DNA of 64,000 nucleotides from Bacteroidales bacterium (GTDB taxonomy: Bacteria; Bacteroidota; Bacteroidia; Bacteroidales; UBA7960). The DNA lies in the NCBI GenBank assembly GCA_012521995.1, contig JAAYLH010000045.1, forward strand, positions 4,138 through 68,137, in the 5' to 3' direction. The notes under the pieces are model-generated. The model did not search any database, was not told the DNA's origin, and worked only from the letters and a program-made list of their open reading frames with translations. The position numbers and the translations under genes were made by a program. Within the stretch, counting starts at the first letter, position 1, and every line of letters starts with the position of its first letter. This document shows positions 27,694-36,941 of the stretch, in pieces.

Positions 27694-29421
27694 ATGCGTC
27701 AGGTGGTCATCATCCTTTTCCTTTTGTTTTCCCTTGAGGGTGCAGGCCAGGGGGTGGTCAGACTAAAGGCTGAGGTCAGGGATGTGGCGGGGGGTGCCTT
27801 TGAGGAACTTTCAAATCCCAGGACCTATCCCGACAGCCTTTTTTTGCGGCAGGGGCTTGATTCCATCACGACCCACCTCCACAAACAGGGATACCTTGAG
27901 GCCCGCCTTTATGGCTTTCAACCCGACACCCTGGGTTATACAGCCGTTATTGATACAGGGCCGCTTTATGTGTGGCAACTAAGAAATGTCAACATCAGCA
28001 ATGAGGCGATAAGAAAGGGAAAGCTCACCCACTATTTCGAGGGGACGCCCCTGCCCTTTTCAGGCTATAAAAACCTGCAGCAGAAGATTATAGGCTGGTA
28101 CGAGGATCAGGGCTATCCCTTTGCAAGTCTGCAGGCTGAAGATATCAGGATAGAGGAGCAAATACTGAATGCCGCTTTGAAGGTCGATCCTTCCTGGCTG
28201 ATAGTAAACGACACCTTGCGGCTTACGGGCGACGTAAGCCTTTCGGCTGGGTTCCTGGCGGCACATACAGGAATAAGGCCCGGGCAGCCTTATAGCGAAA
28301 GCAGGGCAAGGAATGCAGCAGGGTTGATTGCTGACCTGCCCTATGTGCAGATAAACGGAGACCCTCAGCTGCGGTTTTCCCCCGGCAGTGCGGAGCTTTC
28401 CCTTCCCGTAAGGAAACGTCCGGCCAACCGTTTCGATGGCATTGCAGGCATTTCAAGCAACACCCTCGATGAAAACCGCTTGCAGCTAAGCGGGCAATTT
28501 AACCTTTCGTTGGTAAACCTGATGTCCAGGGGAGAACAACTGGCCATTGTGTGGCAGGGCTTGGGGCAGGGCACGCAGCGCCTGAGCCTCGACGCCTCCT
28601 TTCCCTATCTTGTCTCCACTCCATTTATTACCGCCTGGATGTTTTCCCTGCATAAACAGGACACCTCATACCTGAACCTGAGAAACCGCCCTTCCTTTAG
28701 CTGGACCAGCCCACGAAGGCTGCAGTTCAGTGTTTTTGCCGATCTGCAAAGCACCGAATTGTTGAGCACAAGCAGGTTTTCAGGATATACCTCTATGCCC
28801 CCGCAAATCGACTCCAGAACCTATCTATATGGTCTTCAAGGAGCCCTTTACAGCAAGGGGTTCTTTGCAGGGCTTATGGACGGGCACGGGCTTAAGATAA
28901 GCCTTGCTGCTGGAACGCGTAACATCCGCAAAAACGCCAACCTGCCTGAGGTCATTTATAAAGACATCACCTTAAAACAAAATCAATACGCCTTTGGGAT
29001 AGAGGCCGAGAGCAGGCTTCCCCTGGGGCGCCGCACCCGCCTGGTGTTGCAAATGACCAGCAGAGGTTTAAGCAGCCGGCAATTTTTCGAGAATGAGCTG
29101 TTTCGCATCGGTGGATTTCGCAGCCTGAAAGGATTTGATGAGGAAGCCATCCCGGCTTCCCTGTATGGCATCCTGACAGGCGAGATCAGATATTTCACGG
29201 GGGAACAGTCCTTCTTCAGCCTGCTGTTTAACGGAGCTTATTTTGAAAGAAATTTGGGAGAAAATCTTGTCAGTGGCCGGCCCTGGGGAGCCGCGGCAGG
29301 GATCACACTGGAAACCGCCCCAGGCATTATCTCTGTATATTATGCCATGGGCAAGGGGCCCGAAACCCGCTTGGCTTTCAGAAATGCCCGTGTGCACATA
29401 GGCTTTGTTAGCCTTTTCTGA
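27694..29421 (+). CDS. POTRA/Omp85 (BamA/TamA-like) outer-membrane protein
   Basis: Signal peptide, POTRA-like segments (GYLEA, GYPFA), beta-barrel with FRIGG..SLKGFDEE and terminal HIGFVSLF. Confidence 0.7.
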   Translation: MRQVVIILFLLFSLEGAGQGVVRLKAEVRDVAGGAFEELSNPRTYPDSLFLRQGLDSITTHLHKQGYLEARLYGFQPDTLGYTAVIDTGPLYVWQLRNVNISNEAIRKGKLTHYFEGTPLPFSGYKNLQQKIIGWYEDQGYPFASLQAEDIRIEEQILNAALKVDPSWLIVNDTLRLTGDVSLSAGFLAAHTGIRPGQPYSESRARNAAGLIADLPYVQINGDPQLRFSPGSAELSLPVRKRPANRFDGIAGISSNTLDENRLQLSGQFNLSLVNLMSRGEQLAIVWQGLGQGTQRLSLDASFPYLVSTPFITAWMFSLHKQDTSYLNLRNRPSFSWTSPRRLQFSVFADLQSTELLSTSRFSGYTSMPPQIDSRTYLYGLQGALYSKGFFAGLMDGHGLKISLAAGTRNIRKNANLPEVIYKDITLKQNQYAFGIEAESRLPLGRRTRLVLQMTSRGLSSRQFFENELFRIGGFRSLKGFDEEAIPASLYGILTGEIRYFTGEQSFFSLLFNGAYFERNLGENLVSGRPWGAAAGITLETAPGIISVYYAMGKGPETRLAFRNARVHIGFVSLF

Positions 29422-29560
29422 TTAATTTTGCAGAAGAATTGAATCATAACGTTTAAGGCCAGGTACTGATAGTTCTGTTCCTGAAAGGACAAAATCTTTT
29501 TCGTTCAGAATCACATCATACATTTGACTCAAAGACATTAACCCACCAAATCCGTACATT

Positions 29561-30298
29561 TTGGAAAATTACATTTTCGGTATCCGCCCACTGATAGAGG
29601 CCCTGGAGAAAGGGGAAAGGCCGGAAAAGGTGCTGATACAGCAAGGCCTGATCGGCGAGAATTACCAACAAATGTTTCAGATTATTCGCCAGGAGAAAAT
29701 CCCCTTTCAAATGGTGCCTGTTGAGAAGTTGAACCGGGTGACCCGAAAGAATCATCAGGGGGTGATCGCCTTTATTGCTCTGATAAGCTATCAGCCTTTG
29801 CATCAGTTATTGCCCATGATCTACGATCGTGGAGAATTTCCCCTGCTGGTACTGCTTGACAGGGTTACGGATGTAAGGAATCTTGGGGCTATAGCCCGTT
29901 CGGCAGAATGTTTTGGGGCCCATGGCCTGGTCATCCCCGACAAGGGAAGTGCCCCTGTCAACGCCGATGCCATCAAGACTTCGGCAGGGGCTCTTTCACG
30001 GATACCTGTTTGTCGTGAAGGAAACATCCTGGAGACCATTGCATTTTTAAAGGAGAGCGGCATCAGGATCGTTGCCGCCAGCGAGAAAAGCCGTGAAGAG
30101 GCCTTTAATGCCGACCTGAAAGGGCCGCTGGCTGTCCTGATGGGGTCGGAAGACAAAGGCATCTCACCCTCCCTGCTAAGAATGGCAGACAGCGTGGTGT
30201 CCATTCCAATGAGCGGAAAGACAGCCTCATTGAACGTCTCGGTTGCAGCAGGCATCTTCCTGTATGAAGTCCACAGGCAGCGGCTTGGTCCGAAATAA
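29561..30298 (+). CDS. rlmB: 23S rRNA (guanosine-2'-O)-methyltransferase, SPOUT family
   Basis: NHQGV, DRVTDVRNLGAIARSA, MGSEDKGIS, IPMSG..SLNVSVA; TTG start. Confidence 0.92.
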   Translation: MENYIFGIRPLIEALEKGERPEKVLIQQGLIGENYQQMFQIIRQEKIPFQMVPVEKLNRVTRKNHQGVIAFIALISYQPLHQLLPMIYDRGEFPLLVLLDRVTDVRNLGAIARSAECFGAHGLVIPDKGSAPVNADAIKTSAGALSRIPVCREGNILETIAFLKESGIRIVAASEKSREEAFNADLKGPLAVLMGSEDKGISPSLLRMADSVVSIPMSGKTASLNVSVAAGIFLYEVHRQRLGPK

Positions 30299-30357
30299 AA
30301 ACAATTGGGCACAGTGTTGCCAGCTTTGATTATTTTTGTGTCGAAAATCCCAATAAA

Positions 30358-31080
30358 ATGGAAGTTGGAATATTCATTCCCTGTTTTATAGACCAGGTAC
30401 TCCCGGAAACAGGGATGAGCATGGTGAAGGTGCTAAAGCATGTAAGGGTGAAACCCCTGTACAATCCTGAACAGACTTGCTGCGGGCAGATCGCCTTCAA
30501 CGGCGGGTATTGGGATGAAGCCAAGCACGTAGCCGAGAAGTTTATCCGTGACTTCGTGCAATATAGGTATGTAGTAGGGCCATCGGCATCCTGCATAGGC
30601 ATGGTAAAAAAGTATTACCCGCAGATGTTTGACAACTCGGCCCTTCACAACGAGAACCGCTGGCTAGGGAAAAAGATCTTTGAACTGACCGACTTCCTTG
30701 TCAATGTAGTCAAGGTTGAGAACCTGGGCGGGCGTTTTCAGGCCAGGGTCACCTTCCACGACTCTTGTGCAGCCCTCAGGGAATACGGCTTAAAAGATGA
30801 GCCCCGCCGGCTGCTTTCGAATATAGAAGGCCTGGAGGTTGTGGAAATGAAGGACCACGACGTCTGCTGCGGCTTTGGGGGCACCTTTGCCGTCAAGAAC
30901 GAGGCCGTAAGTACTGCCATGGCCGAACAAAAGGTCCAGCACGCCCTCGACACAGGGGCAAAGTATATTGTCTCGACAGAGGCCTCCTGCCTGATGCACC
31001 TGGAGGGGTACATCAAAAGAAACAATCTGCCCATCCAAACCCTTCACATTGCCGATTTGCTTGCCAAAAGCATTTCCTAA
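30358..31080 (+). CDS. lutA: LutA/YkgE-like Fe-S (CCG domain) protein
   Basis: QTCCGQ, SASC, HDSC, CCGFGGTF, EASCLMH; TATTTTTG at 30331-30338. Confidence 0.85.
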   Translation: MEVGIFIPCFIDQVLPETGMSMVKVLKHVRVKPLYNPEQTCCGQIAFNGGYWDEAKHVAEKFIRDFVQYRYVVGPSASCIGMVKKYYPQMFDNSALHNENRWLGKKIFELTDFLVNVVKVENLGGRFQARVTFHDSCAALREYGLKDEPRRLLSNIEGLEVVEMKDHDVCCGFGGTFAVKNEAVSTAMAEQKVQHALDTGAKYIVSTEASCLMHLEGYIKRNNLPIQTLHIADLLAKSIS

Positions 31081-31105
31081 TAATAACCCTTTTTTTCAAG
31101 AGTCT

Positions 31106-32293
31106 ATGCTGAAAAAAAAATTGACCGGGATGGTGTTGCTCTTGCTGTCTCTTTCATTGGCCGCCCAAACCGAGGTAGATGAACGGGCCATGATCAGTTT
31201 TGACAAAGGGCTGGGATTTTTTGACCCCGATTCGACCTTTGGGCTGAACCTCAGGTTCAGGATACAGAACCGAATAGGAATGAACACAGTCTCTGCCAGT
31301 GACTTCAGCCCTGATCAGTTTGAGGCCAATGTCAGGCGGCTGCGCCTGCGCTTTGACGGTTACCTGGGGTCCTCAAAACTGACCTATTATCTTCAACTCA
31401 GTTTCTCGCGAGGCGATCAGGACTGGGACAATACGGGCTTTCCCAGCTTGGTGCGCGACGCCATGGTGTTTTATAACTTCAACAAGAAATTCTATATGGG
31501 CATGGGCCAGGGGAAATTGCCCGGAAACCGCCAACGGGTTACTTCAAGCGGGCAACAGCAATTTGTTGACAGGTCCTTGGTAAACGCCATCTTTAACATA
31601 GACAGGGACTTTGGACTGATGGCATATTACCACAACCATCTGGGCGTCTTCCATTACAACCTGAAAGGGGCTGTAAGCACGGGTGAGGGAAGGAATATCC
31701 AGCGAACAGATAAGGGTCTGGCCTACACCTTGCGACTGGAATTGCTGCCTCTGGGTGACTTTGTAAACGACGGCGATTTCTCAGAAGGTGATCTTGAAAG
31801 GGAAGTAAGTCCAAAGCTGTCCCTAGGCGCGGCTTATTCATTCAACAACAAAGCTGTAAAATCGTCAGGGCAAAGAGGAAGTACACTAACAACCCCCACC
31901 GACATTTCCAGCCTGTTTTTTGATCTCATTGCAAAATACCAGGGTTGGGCCCTGAGCTCTGAATATGCCAATCGTTCGGTCAACCTGAACCATGGCTTGT
32001 GGTCACAAGAACCTACGCCACATATCTTTACAGGGAATGGCATCAACACCCAGTTGAGTTATGTTTTTCCCTCCTACTGGGAAGTTGCAGGACGCTATAC
32101 CCGGGTTAATCCTCATGAAGAACTACAGGGCATCGAAGCACAAACCGACATCTACACCCTGGGTTTGACCAAATACTTAAGGAAACACCGCAACAAGTTC
32201 CAATTGAATCTTTCTTATCAGAAGGATCAGTTGAAGCCTTTCTCCGACAAGGAATTCCTGAACATCATGTTCCAGGTCGAGGTTGGAATTTAA
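31106..32293 (+). CDS. OprO/OprP-like anion-selective porin
   Basis: Signal peptide ending LAA-Q; VRRLRLRFDG, GQGKLPGNRQRV.SSG, DRDFG; C-terminal FQVEVGI. Confidence 0.8.
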   Translation: MLKKKLTGMVLLLLSLSLAAQTEVDERAMISFDKGLGFFDPDSTFGLNLRFRIQNRIGMNTVSASDFSPDQFEANVRRLRLRFDGYLGSSKLTYYLQLSFSRGDQDWDNTGFPSLVRDAMVFYNFNKKFYMGMGQGKLPGNRQRVTSSGQQQFVDRSLVNAIFNIDRDFGLMAYYHNHLGVFHYNLKGAVSTGEGRNIQRTDKGLAYTLRLELLPLGDFVNDGDFSEGDLEREVSPKLSLGAAYSFNNKAVKSSGQRGSTLTTPTDISSLFFDLIAKYQGWALSSEYANRSVNLNHGLWSQEPTPHIFTGNGINTQLSYVFPSYWEVAGRYTRVNPHEELQGIEAQTDIYTLGLTKYLRKHRNKFQLNLSYQKDQLKPFSDKEFLNIMFQVEVGI

Positions 32294-32348
32294 CCTCATT
32301 CCTTGTCATACCTGAACTATTCATTAGATTTGTAAAAAATTTTCAGTC

Positions 32349-33182
32349 ATGATCTTAGGAATCGACATTGGAGGCAGCACAACCAAAATTGTAGGCATCA
32401 AAGGCGGCCAGATCATTGAGCCCCTTACGGTAGAAGCCAAAGACCCGGTTGCATCTGCTTCGGGTGCCCTTGGGAAGTTTCTCAACGTAAATAAACTCAG
32501 GCTGGAAAACATTGAAAAGGTGATCATCACGGGTGTGGGTGCTTCCTTCATCTCCGACGAACTATTGGGACTACCAGTGGAGAAGATCGAAGAGTTCAAG
32601 GCCCTGGGATATGGCGGATTATTCCTTTCGGGATTAAAAAAAGCCATCATCATCAGCATGGGGACAGGCACTGCTTTTGTAAAAGCAAACAAAGCCTGCA
32701 TTCAGCATCTTGGGGGCACCGGAGTGGGCGGAGGCACCATCCTGGGACTCTCCAAAGCCATGGTCAACCTCAGCAGCTTTGATACAATTATCGAAACGGC
32801 CAAAACAGGCAGACCGGAACCGGTAGACCTCAGCGTAGGAGACATCTCCCGCAATGAGGTGGGTAATCTGCCCAACACCATTACCGCCTCCAATTTCGGA
32901 AAGATGACGGACCAGGCCACCAAAAATGACATTACCCGCGGGATACTTACTATGGTGTTCCAGGTCATTGGCATGATGGCCATTTTTGCTGCCCGGGCAC
33001 AAAAAGATACCGATATTGTCCTCAGTGGAAAGCTTGTCAACATCTTCCAGGCACAGAAAACCTTTTCTGAACTGGGCAACCTTTATGGAGTGAAGTTTCA
33101 TGTCCCTGAGCATGCTGAATACTGCACGGCAATTGGCGCCGGGATCTCGGCAGATCTCGACTATTTCATCCTGAATGAGTAG
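32349..33182 (+). CDS. Type II (fumble family) pantothenate kinase
   Basis: GIDIGGSTTK, ITGVGA, SMGTGT, GGTGVGGGT.LGL, DL.VGDI, ASNFGK, AIGA. Confidence 0.85.
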   Translation: MILGIDIGGSTTKIVGIKGGQIIEPLTVEAKDPVASASGALGKFLNVNKLRLENIEKVIITGVGASFISDELLGLPVEKIEEFKALGYGGLFLSGLKKAIIISMGTGTAFVKANKACIQHLGGTGVGGGTILGLSKAMVNLSSFDTIIETAKTGRPEPVDLSVGDISRNEVGNLPNTITASNFGKMTDQATKNDITRGILTMVFQVIGMMAIFAARAQKDTDIVLSGKLVNIFQAQKTFSELGNLYGVKFHVPEHAEYCTAIGAGISADLDYFILNE

Positions 33183-33387
33183 GATAAGACATCCAGAAAC
33201 CTATATATGTAAAAAAAAATTCCTCAAATGACAGAGGGATTATAATTTATTGTACATTTGCATCGAATTCATTAACACCGTTGTATTGATCTCCGCTTAA
33301 CAGACCCCTGAACCCTTTCCTCGAGAATAACTTCAATTTCTTTTTCGCGTATTTCAATACACATTAACATTAATCACAATTACATTT

Positions 33388-33579
33388 ATGAAAACTGGAA
33401 CAGTAAAGTTCTTCAACGAACTTAAAGGCTTTGGATTCATCAAAGATTCAGAATCAGAAAAAGAGTATTTCGTACACGCAACGGGGCTGGTGGATAAGAT
33501 CCGCGAAGCCGATGAAGTTACTTATGAACTTCAGGAAGGCAAAAAAGGTCTCAATGCTGTAAACGTACGTCTCGCGTAA
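33388..33579 (+). CDS. csp: Cold-shock domain protein
   Basis: GTVKFFNELKGFGFI, YFVH, GLNAVNV. TACATTTG at 33253-33260 implies a long 5' UTR, typical of csp genes. Confidence 0.95.
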   Translation: MKTGTVKFFNELKGFGFIKDSESEKEYFVHATGLVDKIREADEVTYELQEGKKGLNAVNVRLA

Positions 33580-33600
33580 TACAGACCGCAGAATCTTTTA

Positions 33601-33640
33601 AAAAACCCCCTCTTTATAGCAAGGAGGGGGTTTTTATTTT
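33601..33640. terminator. Bidirectional intrinsic terminator
   Basis: aaaaaccccctc / gagggggttttt between csp and the convergent ORF. Confidence 0.8.
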
Positions 33641-34351
33641 GTCCAGGGGGTTGATTCCCTTGATGGTTCCCCTGTGGCCTGTCACCTGGAAAGCGGCATA
33701 CAAGGCTTCCTTAAATTCATTATCCTTCCGGCTGGCTTTCACAGCAACCTGATGGTTATTGTCCTCCCCATAAGCATATCGTTTCAACGCTTCCATGCTT
33801 TCCCAAATACTGAAGGTTGACTCATGGATCCGGGGCCTTTCGCCTACACCCCGGCTGAAAAGCGGCCCCCTACAATCTTTTGCCGAGCGGCTCACCCCGC
33901 ACATCCTTAGCCGGAATGGAAGGAGCAAACGCAGTTTTGACCTTGCACGGCTTAGTATTGCAATGGGATATTTCTCGGGAAGCATAGCCTGGGGCTCAAA
34001 TACATCAGATCCAGCCCATTTCTTCCCGGACCTTACCGGGCGTAAAAGAACGGAATAATCCTCAGAGCTTTTCAGGCGATAGTCATCCATGATGTTTGAA
34101 TTCCAGTAAAAATCAAGGGCATCATCTGCTGAAGGCCATACAGTAAGCAAAGCCCCCTGCTTGAAATTAAGGCTGCCCATGCAGCCCAAACCGCCGCTTG
34201 TTCCCAGGGTCTTGAAAAACAAGATGCCCTTTTGCTGCCTGAGCCTGTCCGGCATCTTGACCACCTGGCGCATCGCCCAAAGCCTGTTGCGGCCATAGAA
34301 CTGGAAAAAACTCATGAGGGCAACCTGGCCTGAAAAAGTCTTTTCACCCAT
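33614..34351 (-). CDS. Divergent CrtA (spheroidene monooxygenase)-like protein
   Basis: FFKTLGTSGG, LLTVW, PIAILSRA, GVGERP..STFSIW, YAY...H match my recollection of CrtA-like family motifs, with a degenerate C-terminus. Confidence 0.6.
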   Translation of the reverse strand: MGEKTFSGQVALMSFFQFYGRNRLWAMRQVVKMPDRLRQQKGILFFKTLGTSGGLGCMGSLNFKQGALLTVWPSADDALDFYWNSNIMDDYRLKSSEDYSVLLRPVRSGKKWAGSDVFEPQAMLPEKYPIAILSRARSKLRLLLPFRLRMCGVSRSAKDCRGPLFSRGVGERPRIHESTFSIWESMEALKRYAYGEDNNHQVAVKASRKDNEFKEALYAAFQVTGHRGTIKGINPLDKIKTPSLL

Positions 34352-34446
34352 GTATGCGGCAATTCTTAAAACAATATAAGTTTTTCTTCAAAACCTGCAA
34401 ACGCGTAAAAATGTTTAAGAGGATTAACCTCCAGACAAAAAAAGTA

Positions 34447-35358
34447 TTATGGCCATAGATTATCAGGGTAAGCCCCCAAATCGATCATCTTCCGGATGGA
34501 CTCCATCACCTTTTCCTTGTCTTCACGATAGGTGACACCAAACCACGAAGCGTCGCAGGGCAATACCCTCACCTTGACCTTACCCCTGCTAACCAATTCA
34601 TCGACAACCTTAGGGATAAAGAATTCTGCTTTCAGGTCATAGGCATTCACTTTCATGAAATACAAAAGCTTTTCCTCCAGGTGCTGAAACAGGTCTTTTC
34701 CAAAGCCCCAGAAGTTCATTGAAACGATGTCATCGGCACTCAAAGTAACGGGTGCCTGCTCATTTTCCTCGCTGACAATCCTTCCGTCCTCAAGGCGATG
34801 GATGGCATTGTGTTCCTTTACCCCCTCAAGGAAGCCATTGGGGTCTACCTTACAAATGCCCCGGGCCACCTTCCCATGGTCTGAGAGGGTGTTTTCAATC
34901 ATATAGCCCGCCATGGCATATAATCCTGTAGTCTTCGACACATTCGATTTAAGGTATCTTGCCATGGTATCGTATGCACTGAAGCCATAGAAATCATCGG
35001 CGTTGATCATGGCAAAAGGCTCGTTAATCAAGTGTTTGGCCACCCAGATGGCATGGCCTGTCCCCCAGGGCTTCTCGCGTTCGGGCGAAAAGTGAATTTC
35101 CATGGGCAGGTTATCCAGTTCCTGAAATGCAAGCTCCACCTGTATCTTACCCTTCAGCCTTTCGACAAAGACTTCCCTGAACTCCTGCTCAAAACTGCGG
35201 CGGATCACAAACACCACCTTATTGAACCCCGCCCTGATGGCATCGTATACAGAGTAATCCATGATGGTTTCGCCCGAGGGGCCCACGCGGTCCAGTTGTT
35301 TCATGCCCCCATAGCGGCTGCCTTTGCCTGCTGCAAGAACCAATAATGTTAAATCCAT
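34447..35358 (-). CDS. Sugar-phosphate nucleotidyltransferase family protein
   Basis: LAAGKGSRYGG.KQ, KPWGTGHA, INADDFYG, VSMNFWGF, WFGVTY.EDK. Confidence 0.88.
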   Translation of the reverse strand: MDLTLLVLAAGKGSRYGGMKQLDRVGPSGETIMDYSVYDAIRAGFNKVVFVIRRSFEQEFREVFVERLKGKIQVELAFQELDNLPMEIHFSPEREKPWGTGHAIWVAKHLINEPFAMINADDFYGFSAYDTMARYLKSNVSKTTGLYAMAGYMIENTLSDHGKVARGICKVDPNGFLEGVKEHNAIHRLEDGRIVSEENEQAPVTLSADDIVSMNFWGFGKDLFQHLEEKLLYFMKVNAYDLKAEFFIPKVVDELVSRGKVKVRVLPCDASWFGVTYREDKEKVMESIRKMIDLGAYPDNLWP

Positions 35359-35502
35359 AATTTCCTTTCAATGGTTTATAAAAACAGGGTGAAAAGTGTT
35401 TAACCTTTTCACCCTGCAAAATTAACACCTCCTGATGGATTTTCATCCGGACCTGTGTGGCTTTTTAGAAAATACTTCCCCTTTCGGGGAAGTTGTATGG
35501 CG

Positions 35503-35631
35503 TTAATGAGCTTTGGCAGACGGTTGGTCGCCCTCGTTTCCTTTCTTTTTTGAATTGCGGGAAATCAAATAAAAGGGGACGATAAAAATGGCCAGGATAA
35601 TCAATCCTGTAATGATAACAGAAATATTCAT
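35503..35631 (-). CDS. Small single-pass membrane protein (42 aa)
   Basis: MNISVIITGLIILAIFIVPFYLISRNSKKK: hydrophobic stretch then a basic tail. Followed by a cttcccc-gaaa-ggggaag hairpin and T-tract on the minus strand (~35470-35493). Confidence 0.55.
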   Translation of the reverse strand: MNISVIITGLIILAIFIVPFYLISRNSKKKGNEGDQPSAKAH

Positions 35632-35718
35632 GGTCTTACTTTCTTTTTTGTAAATAAAATAAGGATTTCCCGACAAGATAATCCGTATCGAGAAATTCAA
35701 CAGGAAAAGAAAAGCAGG

Positions 35719-36099
35719 CTACCAGAACTCATGAAAAGGAAAGATGATCTGAACCGACTCCAGCCCCGGAATCAGGTCAACAACGGTCGATTTATATAAA
35801 CCCGATCGAACCTCAGGGACCCTAAGCCTTGAAAGGATGTCGCCCTGTGAAATCCAGTCAGGGCAAACCATCTGAATGATTCTTCCTGAAAAAAGGAAGG
35901 GGGTGCCTGTTCCGGAACAGGAAAAACCTACAATATCCACAATACCCGTTTGCTCAACAGGCGGGTAATCAGGCACAATGGCGTTTTCAACGGAGAAAGG
36001 GAAAACCGGATCGCCAGGCAATACAGGAAACAAGCCTGCCTGTGCAATGGACAGGATAAGCACCAGGCCTGCTGTTAAGGTATGAATGGTTTTTCCCAT
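35719..36099 (-). CDS. Hypothetical protein with an N-terminal hydrophobic segment and C-terminal IIFPFHEFW
   Basis: ATG 36099 lies 3 nt after TATTTTTG (minus strand, 36103-36110). Confidence 0.55.
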   Translation of the reverse strand: MGKTIHTLTAGLVLILSIAQAGLFPVLPGDPVFPFSVENAIVPDYPPVEQTGIVDIVGFSCSGTGTPFLFSGRIIQMVCPDWISQGDILSRLRVPEVRSGLYKSTVVDLIPGLESVQIIFPFHEFW

Positions 36100-36227
36100 A
36101 TGCAAAAATACACTGAAAATGAGTTGTTTCTTAACTGCAGCAGAATTAAATTATTTTAACAGGGACATGGCCTTCGGGCGTATTGTTTATGAAAATCAAT
36201 TACTTTTATTTGAAAATTCCCTGCCTT

Positions 36228-36938
36228 ATGAAATATCTGAACCTGATCGCCTTTGTTTTCATGATCACCATGAATTACCTGGCCAATGCCCTGCCCCTGA
36301 ACGGAAAAACTACAGGACAATTATCTGATCAATACCCCAACCTGTTCACCCCTGCCGGCATCACTTTTTCCATCTGGGGAGTGATTTATCTCCTGCTCCT
36401 GGTATTTATCATCCTTCAGCTTTGGGGTTCCCAGCAAAAGCTTGTCTCTTCAATGGGCTGGGCCTTTGTGGCCAGTGCCCTGTTCAACGGCTTGTGGATC
36501 CTTGCATGGCATTACGAGCGAACGGGGCTTTCTGTCCTCATCATGTTGGGCCTGCTGGCAAGCCTGATCTTTATCAATCAACGCCTTGCCCTTCAGCCCT
36601 TCAGCATTACCAAGTTCGCTTTCGGCATTTATCTTGGCTGGATCTGCATTGCCACCATCGCCAACATCACAGCCTTGCTGGTAAGCCTCAACTTTGCAGG
36701 CTGGAGCATTTCTGCTGAGGCCTGGACCATCGCCCTGATCGGAATCGGGGCCATCATCACCATGATCACCATGGCTCGCCTGAACAATCCCTGGCTGGCA
36801 CTTGCCGTGGGCTGGGCTTTTGCAGGCATCATCATCAAACGCCATACCGACTATCAAAGCATAGTAATTGCATCTGCCATTGCATTGGTGCTTGTTTTGG
36901 CTGCGGGAGCCTGGCTGCTGTCCCGTAAAATTGCCTGA
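36228..36938 (+). CDS. TspO/MBR-related tryptophan-rich multi-pass membrane protein
   Basis: NYLANALPLNG.TTG.LSD.YPNLFTPAG.TFSIWG.IY, N.LWILAWHY, YLGWI.IATIAN. Confidence 0.75.
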   Translation: MKYLNLIAFVFMITMNYLANALPLNGKTTGQLSDQYPNLFTPAGITFSIWGVIYLLLLVFIILQLWGSQQKLVSSMGWAFVASALFNGLWILAWHYERTGLSVLIMLGLLASLIFINQRLALQPFSITKFAFGIYLGWICIATIANITALLVSLNFAGWSISAEAWTIALIGIGAIITMITMARLNNPWLALAVGWAFAGIIIKRHTDYQSIVIASAIALVLVLAAGAWLLSRKIA

Positions 36939-36941
36939 TCA

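Noticed and set aside
33261-33387. Separate small RNA upstream of csp
   Set aside because: The position fits the long 5' UTR typical of cold-shock genes, and there is no internal terminator.
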